DNA of 63,781 nucleotides, the filler included, from Klebsormidium nitens (Eukaryota > Plantae > Klebsormidiophyceae): NCBI GenBank assembly GCA_000708835.1. It is 6 parts of 6 records of this genome, joined end to end, with 100 filler letters (N's around TTAATTAATTAA, not from the genome) between each part and the next. Parts side by side here need not be neighbours in the genome. Positions count along the whole stretch, not along the records: positions 25,101 to 36,352 come from DF238136.1; positions 36,453 to 46,632 come from DF237821.1; positions 46,733 to 54,569 come from DF238285.1; 3 more parts are not named here. The stretch is one strand, 5' to 3'. The notes under the pieces are model-generated. The model did no database searches, was not told the DNA's origin, and saw only the letters and a program-made list of their open reading frames with translations. Below are positions 35,185-47,031 of the stretch, piece by piece. The position numbers and the translations under genes were made by a program. The stretch's first letter is position 1. Every line of letters begins with the position of its first letter.

Positions 35185-35561
35185 ACAGCTGACCAAATTT
35201 GTGAATGCAACTGTGATTGAAACTATTAACTATTAACGTGACTGATGTGATGATACCAAGATTGGGTTCCTGGAGACTGGAGACCGTACGCATACAACCC
35301 GAAATCGTTGCGGCTACCGGCGTACGCTCCGGAGACCGGGACATAGCCCGGTACCGGTGGCAGGGCCCAGTCAAAGGGACCGAGTTACCGGACCCGAGCG
35401 AACAGACCGCTCTGACACACGTCAGACCTCTAGCCAATGGCTGCAGAGATTGACGCCATGCGAAACAATTCACTCTGACAATTCGGCCGGAGACACTAAT
35501 AAAATAGCGTAGATTGACCATTTTGCGTCACTGTCAGCGTCAATGTCACTGTCCTAACCAC

Positions 35562-35832
35562 AGCCCGTAACCACTGTCAGAGTCGCGACTTTGATGATTT
35601 CAGGTGTTTGAGTATGCTTTACACCTATTTTGCGGGGTGGACACACTAACAAAAGGAGAATGCTTTGATAGTTTTGCGTCCCTGACAGTCCCTCACAGTC
35701 CTAGTAACCACATGTAGCCCGTAACCACTGTTAAAAGTCACGTTTCTGATGACTTCAGGTGTTGAGTGTGTTTTACACCTATTTGGCGGGGTGGAGACAC
35801 TAACAAAAGGAGAATGCTTTAATAGTTTTGCG
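35562..35832 (+). repeat. 154-bp tandem duplication
   Basis: agcccgtaaccactgt...cactaacaaaaggagaatgcttt.atagttttgcg repeats with period 154. Confidence 0.85.
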
Positions 35833-35843
35833 ACAGTGACTCA

Positions 35844-36291
35844 GGGCCTGGTCGCATGTAGCCAACATCGACAGATTTCGGTAGAATGTGTTGGGTTGAC
35901 TTTGGCCAGTTGGCACGGTGGTGTCGTTCGGTAAAGTACAGTTTTCGACGCCAATGTTCGATAAATGTTGGCGACGCTTGGAGACCCGACAAACAAGTAA
36001 AATAAAACTCGAAAAATAAAAGCTGGAAAAGCCCTGACACCTACCGAGCAGGAACAGTCGAGATTTCTGCCCATGAAAAGTGCTCGGTTTATGACTTTTG
36101 GTCACCAACACAATCTGGCAGGCTGACAGGCTAGCCTACCAGATTCTGTTGGTTTTCGGAACAATGATTGGGCAAACTTTCCGCATCGATGGTACTTTCT
36201 GCCGGTGTCCAAGTTTTGGGATTGGCATGCGGTCAGGCGGCGGCTCCAAAACCAACGAAATCTGTCGATGTTGGCTACATGCGACAGGCCC
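35844..36291. mobile_element. 448-bp PIF/Harbinger-type MITE
   Basis: ~36-bp TIR GGGCCTG(G)TCGCATGTAGCCAACATCGACAGATTTCG and 3-bp TSD TCA (35841-35843, 36292-36294). Confidence 0.85.
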
Positions 36292-37536
36292 TCAGTGAGG
36301 AGACTGAGAGCTTTCCAGACGGTCAATCCATGAGAATCAGATGGCTCTCCAANNNNNNNNNNNNNNNNNNNNNNNNNNNNNNNNNNNNNNNNNNNNTTAA
36401 TTAATTAANNNNNNNNNNNNNNNNNNNNNNNNNNNNNNNNNNNNNNNNNNNNGTATCATCGTAGGAGAAAGCCTCCCGGGCTCGTGGCTACCGGGGCGGT
36501 CTCTCAAGACATGCATTTGCACGGACGCAATGCTTTAAGACAAGGTCACGGGAGAATGATCTATAGTATCATGCTGAGAAACCACATGTATCAATGAGAA
36601 TACATGAGAAGCACGGAGACAATACCTTCACTTCAATTAGCAGCCCTTCCGAATGAAGCGGCTCCTTCCTCTCCTTCTCTCCTTCAAGGTCACTTGCAAG
36701 TAGATGTCTAAGAGTTGGTTGGGAGCTGCTTTATAGCTAGGCATGCTACTTGGGTAGTCATTATCCAACCAGTTACACAAAGACAATTTGACACTAAGTG
36801 TGTCACTGTTTATACTGTTAACCGATTGCTAACCCGTACTAAATTGGCTAGCCACGGGCAAGCATTGAAATAACAAATACGTTACCGATTTACCGATTTA
36901 TATGGTTAACACCGAGTATCGAACTCGGGTCGGTTTACTACGAATTAGCTATATTTCTCGGAACCCCGGATTTAGGTGATTCCGACTTGAAAGCCAAATC
37001 GACGGCCGAAAATAGGGCCACAATCGGGCCACCGTCCGATGATCCCGAATTAAGGCTGAAAAGTGGGATGTTGTCCAATTATACAGCTCTAATTATACTA
37101 ATGAATGCTAAGGGTAATGTAGGCCGCAGTTGTAGTTGTAGTCGGAATGTGTCGCCCCTAGTTGTCGTCACCGCCAAGAAGCAATCGAGCAAACCGCCAC
37201 ACGTGGCTGTCGTGTCTACATATCGCCTCGATCCATTGCAAGAGCTCGGAATCGACATGCTACAACGCCGAGACTGTACGTCATGACAGCTGTCGGGCCG
37301 TATGCACTCAATAGGATATCGCCTCGGAAGGTCGAATATACTTGCTGTAAACAGCTTTGCATATAAGTGAAAAATCGAAATAGGTACATGTACATGCTAG
37401 CTAGTAATCCATGCGGTATCCCCCCCATACCGGCGAAGGTGTCCCGACGAAGCCAGCAAGTCGCTTAACTCAATCGTTGCGGAGTGGACAAGCATCACGG
37501 ATTAAAAGTCATAGCAACGTCACAGGTCTCTAGGTC

Positions 37537-37737
37537 CTAAGCAAGAGGGTCCGGTGTAGGCAGACACCTTGAGCAGAACCAATCTCCCTTTGGCTTCACT
37601 GTCAACGGCGGTCTGAGGCATCGCATGTGCCATCCCTCGTTGCACCTATCGCACAAGAGCATGCGGATCTTCCTCAAATCGGCCACTGCATCCCTGCAAA
37701 CCTGGCACTTCTGGTCCAAGTCTTTCAGCGCTAACAC
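37537..37737 (-). pseudogene. PHD finger at the integrase C-terminus
   Basis: CQVC..MLLCDRCNEGWHMRCLRPPL..PKGDWFCSRC fits the C4HC3 PHD pattern. Confidence 0.92.
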
Positions 37738-37803
37738 GGGATTCTGCCAGAGGTCAATGTTTGGACTGCGACATGGGGCACAGTTCTCTACAGACTCTCG
37801 AAT

Positions 37804-38913
37804 CTATTTCTTGTCACGCCCCTCGAGGACTAAACTGCCGCCACTGCCGACACTAACTACACGCAGAATCAGCCTATCAACTCTAGGGTCCATGGAATCT
37901 GCCTTCTGACGCTTCAAGTACACCCCGTCGCCTGCCGCAAACCGACGAAGTTTCGGCGTGTGGTCCCCTGACCTCTTGTGCGCATAGCGCAACATGTATC
38001 TGTGTTGCGCTATCGCGAGGTTGTTGAAGGCTATCGGCATCTCCTCCCTAAAGAGTCGGGCGCGCTCCTCAACGACGGTTGCCCACACCTGTGGGGAGTC
38101 TAGATCCACCACGGTGTGCAACACGTCCCGTACACGGGCCCCGACGATGGGCCACCTGCCAAAGAGCAGGAAGTACGGTGAGTACCCTGCCAGGGATGCT
38201 TGGCGACTCATGCGGTAGCCCATGGCTATCCAGCACAAGAATCTGTTCCCAATGATGTCTGTCAGACTGGAGACAGTACTTTCGAAGCCCCTCTTTGCAG
38301 ACTTGCACGATCCGTTCCGCCAGACCGTCTGCCTGCGGGTGGTCGCGCGAAGTGATTATGTGGTCAATGAAAAGTTGTACAAGCAGCTCTGCGAACTCGC
38401 CAGTAAACTCATCACCCTGATCAGTCAGTATTTCGGCTGGAGCCCCATACCTAGTAAGCACGCCACGCAGCGCGGCAGCGGTACGCTTTGACTCTTTTGT
38501 AGGAATAGGAACCAGCTCAATCCACTTCGAAAAGTGTTCGATCATTATTACCACGAATCGATTCCCGTCTGTGGAAACGAATGGCATCTTATATACACAG
38601 ATCCACTCCCCACCTGTGGAACATTCCCACGATGGGCAACGATTTTAGCGTTGGGTCCTTTACCTCAAAACTGGCTTTAACCCTGTCGCATATTGTGCAC
38701 ATGCTTGGCTACCTCAGCCCGCACGTCTGCAAACATGTTGACCCAGAAGTACGTAGGTGACAACAACGAGTAAGTTTTGCTCACTCCATAGTGCCCGACG
38801 TCAACATGGATTGCCTTCACCAGGTTGGCGCCCTGCTCCGTCGGCGGCACAGGGGAAGTGCGTTTCCTCAGCAGCTCGTTCAATAAGTAATAACCCCTTG
38901 ACATGTGCTGCAC
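37804..38913 (-). pseudogene. Gypsy integrase
   Basis: IHVDVGHYGVSKTY..YFW (HHCC region), IEHFSKWIE, ILTDQGDEF, HPQADGLAER, SPYFLLFGR. Confidence 0.93.
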
Positions 38914-39305
38914 ACGATCCTTCTCAGAAGCGCTTAGTCCCGGACTGTAGTTGCCTTCCTTAAGATAGTGGAGCGTCTCTTGGTCATGCCAGATGTCACG
39001 AGAAGCGGAGTTGCTTTAAGGGGCTGCCATCAGTAAGTCGCCATCTTTCTCCGTGCCAGAAAACGGGTGAACGACCAGCTATAAGTCCTGAGTCCCTGCA
39101 AGACTGACGCCCTCGGAAGGGTGGACAATTGGTGTAACGTTCTGGACCGTCACATCTTGGCCACTACCCAACTTTTAAACCAAACTGGCTAAATACGGGC
39201 TCTGCTTCTGTTGCATAAAATCCTGCCAACAAAGCAAGCGCCGCAGAAATGGAGACAGGAACCTCAGGAAGCACGTGATCCATGCGTGCATCTGTTCCAT
39301 CAGAC

Positions 39306-41619
39306 TCATCTGGCAGGGGGTTTTCGCGAAAGCCCGTCTGCATCTTCCGACTTCAAACCAGCCCTATGCTCAATTTTGAAGTCATACTCAGACAGGATAT
39401 GCGCCCAGCGTGCGTGCATCCCTATGAGTTTCTCGTTCGTCATAAGCCACTTCAACGGCTCGTTGTCCGTCGGCAGCTTAAAGTGTCGCCCGTACAAGTG
39501 GGAACGGAAGTAGGACACCCTCAAGACTGCAGCAAGGCACTCACCCTGGTAGCGTGAGTAATTCCTCTCCGTCTTGTTGTTGCTCCTCGAGGCATAGGTG
39601 ATGAGTCCCTGGTCGTCCCTCTGAACGAGCACCGCGCCCAGTCCGACGCCACTCCAATCTGTATGGAGTTCAAAAGGGCGTTTGTGATCAGGCCGTCTCA
39701 AAATTGGCGCTTCTGTGAACCTGATCTTTAGTGTCTCGAAAGCTTGCTGACAAGCCTCGGACCAGCCCCAAGCTACGTCGTTCCGCAGAAGATTGTTCAG
39801 CGGTGCAGCGATGGTGCTGTAATGTTCAACGAACTTCCTGTAATAGTTGAAAGTGCCCAGCACGGCCCTCAACTCAGGAACCTCTGTTGGAGATCGCATC
39901 ATCACGATGGCCTCCACCTTGACCTGCATCGGGGCAGTCCCCCCAGGAACAACCCTGTGGCCAAGATACTCAACATCAGGTTCTGCACAGCGCATTTTCT
40001 TATGATGACACTTGATGTTTTTGTCCCTCAAACGCGTCAGTTCAGCCCTCAGATGCTTCAAGTGATCGTCAAAGCTCTTGGAAAAGACAATGACATCGTC
40101 AATAAAGCAACGCGCACGGTAACGTTCTCAACGCAGCACTTTGTCCATAACACGCTGAAAGAAGGGTGGCGCATTCTTCAGATCAAACGGCACAACTGTC
40201 CACTCATGCAACCCGTCAAGACACCAGAAAGTCGTTTTAGAACAGTCTTCCTCCGCGATGCGGATTTGATGGTATCCCATACGCAAGTCCAAAGTGGTAA
40301 AAATATAGGAGTCCGCCAGCTCATCAAAAATATCCTCTGGTGTCGGCAAAGGGTAGTGGTGCTTGGGAGTTACCTTATTCAGAGCCCGAAAGTCCACACA
40401 CGGCCGTTTATCCGCCCAGTTTCCGTGCACATCTTCTTTAGGAGGTATTGTTTCAGGAAACGCCCACTTAGATGTCGATTCTCTGATAAACCCAACAGAC
40501 TTACGTTCTTCCATCTGCTCAGTTAAGATTTCTTTCTCGTACTGAGACAACCTATTGTTATTTCATAAATCACTCCCCTAAAAAACTTACTACTCATAGT
40601 CTACTGCATGATGTACAGACTATGCACTCGCGGTCGGCGCAGGAAGTAGTGATGACTGAACACATAAAGTGTTCATGGTATGCACTTTACACAACTAACA
40701 CACTATTCTACCCCATAACGCTATGTACACACAATCTATGCGGCGGCGCTATCAATGCAAACTCACTCTCATACACGGCGGAAGCTAGCGTAGGCAACTA
40801 TCATGGAACACTGTGGGCATGGATAGCTGTGAGCATGAAGACAAGCTGGTTGTAAGCGCTTATTTGCTTGAAAGCTTCTCCCTCAAAGTAGGCCCGGGTC
40901 CTTCTTCTTTGCTTCTCTTAAAGTCTGATTTTTACCTAGCAAACCGTAGAATCGGACTCTAGTCGAACACTATATACAGTCTGATTGTCATCTTCTCTTT
41001 GACCTGATTCTAGTTCCGGAACTCACTTGGCACGCGTGAAAGAGTTTAGCTAGCAGAGTTTCACGTGAAACTTACTGATGAGCCAATCAGGTCTCTGACA
41101 CGCTGTACAACTTCATCTGACATTGGCTTCAAAAGTTAGTGCCGGGGATCCGCCGAGGTTACAATCACTAACCACTTGGTTGAGTCTGAACTCCGGTAGT
41201 CGATTTCTATGGTAGCAACTTTTTGAGCTAACACTATACTGAGTCTTGAAGATTGGAGTCTCGTCTGTCAGTGCAATCCGAAAGACCTCGTCCGCCATGA
41301 CTCCAATCTCTGTGATATCATGAGCAAACACGTCTTGAAACTCATCCAGCAAGTCAGTCAAGTGTTCCTTTTGAACTGCTGTGAGATTCGGATTCATTGG
41401 CCACTTCAATTCCTTAGGCCCTGCAGGTTCAGAGTTTACGTCTGGTTTTTCCTCCTTGCTTGGAAGTGAAGTTGAATCAGAACTCTCACCTGGGTCGGGT
41501 GGAGGCCGTCCTTGGGCCACCTTGGCCGCTGCGGGGCTGTCCTCCTTCCCTGTGTTGGCCGTACCAGGCCGTGAAGTCACTTTCTCACTCAAAAGTTTTG
41601 AATTTTTCTCAAGGCGCAT
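39306..41619 (-). pseudogene. Gypsy RT + RNaseH (split by a solo LTR)
   Basis: RPCVDFRALN, YPLP, LDLRMGYHQI, NAPPFFQR, FIDD, YLGH, LGTFNYYRKF, LHTDWSGVGLGAVL, ERNYS..ECLA. Confidence 0.95.
40556..41233. mobile_element. 678-bp solo LTR inserted in the RT N-terminus
   Basis: TGTTA..TAACA termini and 4-bp TSD CTAT (40552-55, 41234-37). Removal restores IFKTQY-RLSQYEKE. Confidence 0.9.
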
Positions 41620-41809
41620 TCCAGTCCCCCCTCCCGCTTATTTTCTCCAAGAAAATTAGCTGCAATCTGAGGGCTGCGACTCACCCGTGTTACGCGACCG
41701 TCCCTGACGGCTGTTGTCAGGTTCTCCCTACTCACACTAACACCTTTCGAGGAAAGGAAGCATCGCCCCCTAGTCGCGCCTGATCGCTACCAGACCGACC
41801 TCGAAATTG

Positions 41810-42800
41810 TCAGTTAGAGAGCAGACACCGCTGAAAGGCCAAAGCACAGCCAAACAGAAAGGTCAACTGGAACATGTCCATGGAGGCACCAAGAAGCCGT
41901 AATCGCTCACCCTCATTTGGGGATGCAGCTGAGTTGACGGTTGTCCCGCGCATGAAACCCATCGCCCCCTCGCGCTCCGCTACAGTCGGCTCTATCATCT
42001 CCCCGCGGGTCGGACCGCACGAGGCTCTGCTGACCTGGAACGAAGGCGTGCGGCCCTCTGTAAGTGACGAAGGTGGCAAAAGCGCGTAAGGGCTCTCCAA
42101 CAACATTGATAGCATGCGGACCGGGAGCTTTGCTGTGCTGCGCCTTGAGGGCCAGCCGCTCTGGTCCTAGAACATCCTGCACTGTCTGAGTAGGCGACCG
42201 GGCATCAAACCGTTTATCCACCATCTCATGAAGCAAGGTGGTCGGAATCAGGTTGGTCCAGATCCTACGGTACCGGTGGGCGTACGAACCCACTGCAACA
42301 GCATCAAAGGCACAGCTTTGTCCGAGGACTCCCTTAACCACCTCATTGAACTCCTGGCGCACCTGGAGGTCTGGGTGATCTGATGCATCAACATTCTCAA
42401 ACAACCACGCACAGTTTCTTTGGTGGCGAATGATCCTGTGTACCAACCGAACCACGTCGACAAAGCGGCGGTGCGTGGGTCTCGAAGGCCTTTGGCCGTC
42501 CCCGACGCCCCCGAGAATCCCTGGCAGGGAAACCCACAAACTACCAAGTCAAGAGGTCCCAGCCCAATGATGTGACTTTGATTGATCAGCTTGACGTCCT
42601 GTGGCAGCAACCCAAAGCAGTTCTCGAACGCAGACTCGGCCGAGAGGTTGGGGAAGATCCCGCTCAACGTCTTCAACCTAGCCATCGCAACCGCCCGAGC
42701 TGTGTGGTCGCTCTCGCAGCAGTGAAGCTGCTTGATTTTGATTCCCATGCGAATCAGCGCCTCTGTAGACGCCATAATGCCCGCGCACAACTAAACAACA
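41810..42800 (-). pseudogene. C5 cytosine DNA methyltransferase (DNMT3-like) domain between protease and RT
   Basis: Motif I VV*LCAG, motif IV GFPCQGFS, motif VI LFENV, motif VIII HRYRRIW, motif X-like RLLGASM. One stop and two frameshifts. Confidence 0.92.
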
Positions 42801-43140
42801 ACCAAACCAGACTCCGCAGACTCGGTAAAGACGCCCACAATGTCTTGGTTAAGCGGCCGAACGTTGGCGTACCCTGCAAGCATTATAGGAGGTGTGGGTG
42901 CCTCTTTTTGCCTCAGAGCCATCACGGACTCATCAAAGGACAGATCGAGTTCCTCCAGATGCCGCTTCCTGTACGTGTAGTACTGGAAGTTCGCATGCTG
43001 CATATCAGGCTTTGACACTGGAGTGGCCATTTGTGGCATGACGCTTGCCTCACCCGCATCCACCACCACGGCTTCCTTTGCGATCTTGAACGACAGGGGT
43101 GCGCCACGGTGAAGCACCTCAAGCACAACAGGTATCCGCA

Positions 43141-43560
43141 CAAAATTTGTTCCCCTTGTCTCCAGTCCTTGTAGTACTTCATCTTGCCTTTGTAGGCATT
43201 CGCAGTCAGTCCGACCTTTCCGATCACACTCATTCCGAGTAGAACAATATCATTGTCTCCTGGTGTGACAACCACATATGCACCAACAGTGGTTTCACCC
43301 GCCGTTCCTGGGTTAAGCACAATCGGAATTCGCTCTAAGGATCGGTCAAACGGTGCAGTGACCCGTTCATCTGCACACCGCAGCGCAACAGCGCCTTTCT
43401 GCATCATGCTGGGTTTGATTCCTGCTTGCCTGGCCGCTCCCCTGCCCATGACGATCATTTCGCACCCCGTATCAACCACCAGGTGCTGAAGCGCCTTGCC
43501 GTTTATCGTACAAGCAAGCCGGGGGGGGTTACTGTTGTCCAGCTTTGGGGCTTTGTGGAC
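43141..43560 (-). pseudogene. Retropepsin aspartic protease
   Basis: LVVDTGCEMIVM ... VLLGMSVIGKVG. Confidence 0.9.
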
Positions 43561-43735
43561 TTCCAAGTCCCTGTCCGCGGTAAAACTAGCTAGCAGGCAA
43601 CGATCCCAACAGCGCACTCAAACCAAGAGAGGATACGTCACAAAACTCCACCACAGTGGGCACTTCTGCAACTTGGAGCGCATTCTGCGGGGCTGGCGCC
43701 CGCCGCTCACTCTAAAAGGATTCTACCACGTTGTC

Positions 43736-45997
43736 CTAGAACAGGTCGAACTTGCTGTCCCCTTTGCAGTCAAACAACACGCCATCGTTCAACAACTCTT
43801 GGAGCAGCTCATCCTCTGACTGTCTCTGAGCACCGGCACATTCACGAGCCAACTGGCCCCGCAACGGGTGCACAAAGCGTTGGCTGGGGACGTTTTGACG
43901 CTCAAAAATACCCTTATGCTCTTCCATCAAATAGCCCAGCTCAAGCAAAGCTAACAGATGGGGTGGGTAGGTATACCTGGCGCGGGGCGCAAGGTTTAGG
44001 GCTGCCTGGTGACCATCTCGCCAAGAGCGACGAGTTTCATCTGACGGCATGTCTGCTGTAAGCGTTCGAGCTTCAGACACAGAGGCTCCCCCCCCCAGCA
44101 GAGATGCCGGCACAAGGTGAGCGAAGTAATACTTCCGATCCATCCACATGTTGGCACCGCCAGCAGGATCCCTACACGCAAACAACACGTCGAATTTTGC
44201 AAGGTGGCGCAAGACAGCAGTGGCAGACCCGTCTTCGTGCATCTGCCGGGCGATACGGCCCTTTCGTGCAGGGTCAATACGCAGCGTGCGTGACCTAGAC
44301 GCGGAAAAAAACAACCCTTTCTCAACCTCAGTCAAAACACCAAGTTCCAACAGTGCCTCAACGTCCATGTCATAGTGGTAATCAGCAGATGAGACCGGAA
44401 CACCCTGGCGGTGTCGCTCTTGAGCCTCCACGTATTCATCCCAGAACATGTTGCGAACATATTCTCTGGTGGGGTCACACTGCGACCAGTCAAGAGTGCA
44501 GTCAAACAACATCTCATTGTCCAACAGGAATTGGAGATAGTCCTCCTCGTGACAGTTGGCGTGACCCTTGACGGCCAGATAGAGCAAGACTTCAAACGGC
44601 ATACGGTGTTCCGGACGGTGCACCAGCTGAAAGACACCCGCGTTGACTTGAACCAACACTCCCAAATCCAACAGAGCCTCAAGATGCGGTGGGTTTTGAT
44701 ACCCTTCGTACCTTGACCCACGTGTCACTATGCCCCTGACATTCAGTGCATCGCGCCATGTGCCACTCGCTTGAGCTTGCCAGATCTCACTGGGCCAAGC
44801 ACACTTAGTAGACGCAACATGCGTGTCACCGAACTCGGAGTCAGTCGCCTCACTTACGACAGTCTCATAATTCTCCTCAGCCGGAACATCAGCTGGAACA
44901 ATTGATCACATCATTAGCCAAACCACCAGCTGCAACAATCGGAACAGACCCAGAAGTCCTCAACTCCGGCCATGCTGCATCACGTTCGAGGTCAGTATCA
45001 AGGCGCTCATGCACGACCGCGTCGTTGAACACCTCCTTTCCTTGAGCGAACAACTGCCGGTCTTGGACCAGGCGTCTGAAAATTGTGTTCTTTGTTCTGC
45101 GCTTGTATGCTTTAAGTGCCAGGTCGTTTAAGTCCGGGTGCAGAGTCCACGTGGTGCGGTCTGTGCGCCCCATGAAAACGCCCTGCTCGAGTTCCTCCAA
45201 GTATCCAAGTTGAAGGAGCACATCAAGCCAGACAGGATATTCGTAAAATGGGGCAGGCTTTTAAACCTCAGTGACCACGGCCCTACCTGCTAAGGTGAGG
45301 TCGACTGGCACAGAGTCGTTGCCCCCCAGTGTTGCTCCGGCGGCTAGTCCGACGGCTGCAGCCTGGGCCCCAACAGCTGTAGGCGCGTCTGTTGACTGCG
45401 CCAGGTACAGGGCCCCGAGGTCCGCTCCACCATCGCCTGCAATGTAAGCAGGACCGTGAGCATACACGATGCGCTCGAGTGTAGACCAGTTGAAGACACG
45501 TTGTACCCTCGATGAACTACCATCTCGAAAGTAGAATGCGCCTTCCACGAAGTTTCCTGACTCCGGTGTGTGTATGACGCGACGATACCAGTGAATTCCA
45601 GACGGCAATTTGCGCCAAGTAGTCGCGTTCGCAACAGCGCGACCTACCCTGTCCACAGTGTATGCGCCCCAAGCAGGTGTAGCCTGCCAGACCCGTGAGC
45701 TACAGAAGTACAGACCAGGAGTTTCCTTTTGTTCATCCCATTTGTCAGGGATGCCATTCAGCGCAACTTCCTGTCCGACCTGAATGCGTGGGTGTCTGGT
45801 GCCTTGCTACCCCGTAGCTCAGAAACCACTGCCTTCTGGACCACAACTGGACTCCCTCGTGCCTTAGCTCGTGCCTCGGCACGGTGCTTACGGTTCCTCA
45901 CACTTTTGGACTGACCTGGCGGTGTCTCAACGGCGTACTGGAACGCTAAAACGACCCGTGGTGGATTCTGGTGGAATTGGGTTCCGTAACGGGTCAA
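43736..45997 (-). pseudogene. Gypsy ORF1 region containing four copies of an unrecognised ~70-100-aa domain
   Basis: YPVWLDVLLQLGYLEELEQGVF / NPPHLEALLDLGVLVQVNAGVF / DMDVEALLELGVLTEVEKGLF / YPPHLLALLELGYLMEEHKGIF. Confidence 0.7.
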
Positions 45998-46079
45998 AAA
46001 GGTGGTTCAACAGCCAACGGGTTATGATACATAAGCTATGGGAGTGACGTTTAATCCACTGCTCTATCAGTGGAGGTCC

Positions 46080-46424
46080 TTGGGGCCTTGAAACATGAGC
46101 AATTAGCTAACTCAAACTTCCAGCAACAACTTGTATGAAGGTCTTTGGGGCCCTCGAAATGCAAGCAATTGCGCTAATTCAAGCAATCCAAGCAACTACT
46201 ATGTGTGGGGCTTCATGGGTGCCTTGAAACATAAGCTATTGCGCTAATTCGAGCAATCTAAGCAACTGCTGTATGAATGGGTCATTAGAGCACTTGAAAA
46301 AATGAGCAATTTCGATAATTTGTGCAATTCAAGCAATTGTTATATGTAGGGCTCATTGAAATGCTTGAAAAGGTAAGCAATTACGCTAATCAAGCAATCG
46401 GAGCAAACGCACTGTGAAGGGGTT
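46080..46424 (+). repeat. Degenerate ~70-bp tandem array (5 units)
   Basis: Recurring cttgaaa..agcaatt.cgctaatt..agcaat..aagcaac in the leader upstream of Gypsy ORF1. Confidence 0.75.
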
Positions 46425-46632
46425 TGTTAGAAGTCGTTGACTCATAATGAGTCAGCCGACAGCTTATCGACGGCCCAGATACGTAGGCTCTAAAGTTAGT
46501 TAGATCGGACGGTAAAGAAGAGCCTAGAGCCCAAAGGTGTTGAACTTGGAATAGACCCAGTAACGGTAGACTGGAGACTCACAACAGTGAGTAGATTTGA
46601 TAGGCTGCTAGACTTGATAGAGGAGACGAACG
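46425..46632 (+). mobile_element. LTR start running into a gap
   Basis: TGTTAGAAGTCGTTGACTCAT..GTCAGCCG resembles the start of the LTR family at 1-103 and 5806. Confidence 0.55.
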
Positions 46633-46740
46633 NNNNNNNNNNNNNNNNNNNNNNNNNNNNNNNNNNNNNNNNNNNNTTAATTAATTAANNNNNNNNNNNN
46701 NNNNNNNNNNNNNNNNNNNNNNNNNNNNNNNNAACGTGGA

Positions 46741-47031
46741 TTATGCGGCTAATCGTATAGCTCTCTCTTGTCCACTACCTTTGACAAGACCAGCCACGCA
46801 AGCTGTGCAGAACACAGATAAGCTTGGCTGCATCGAACGGCGAAGCCGAACACAACTTATCCTGAACGGTGACATCGGCTCACAGAAGCCGATCCATCCG
46901 GGATATTACGGCGTCTTGCAGACAGCCACGCAGTGCGTCGTTACGACGTAACCACCGCCGTTTCGCTAACCCGCAGGTCAACGAAATCCTGTCGAGAACG
47001 AGCTTAGGCTTAACCAGTCGTAATCGTTACA
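46741..47031 (-). repeat. 291-bp LTR-like segment; inverted copy at 62206-62496
   Basis: 5 mismatches in 291 bp by eye against 62206-62496. The inner terminus reads TGTAACGATT; the outer end abuts a gap. Confidence 0.9.

Larger units (their letters stand above)
37430..46424 (-). mobile_element. Decayed Ty3/Gypsy LTR retrotransposon carrying a C5 DNA methyltransferase and a PHD finger (LTRs not resolved)
   Basis: Minus-strand order: ORF1 with repeated domain, protease, DNMT, RT, RNaseH, integrase, PHD. Multiple stops and frameshifts. Confidence 0.93.

Noticed and set aside
37000-37524. Candidate 3' LTR of the DNMT-Gypsy element
   Set aside because: A G-tract at 37419-37426 could be a PPT, but no matching 5' LTR is visible, so boundaries are unsupported.
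39744-40526. 260-aa plus-strand ORF
   Set aside because: Antisense shadow of the Gypsy RT.
46080-46424. CRISPR-like periodicity (also the 42-bp repeat at 2488)
   Set aside because: Units are degenerate along their whole length with no repeat/unique-spacer alternation, there are no cas genes, and the context is eukaryotic.
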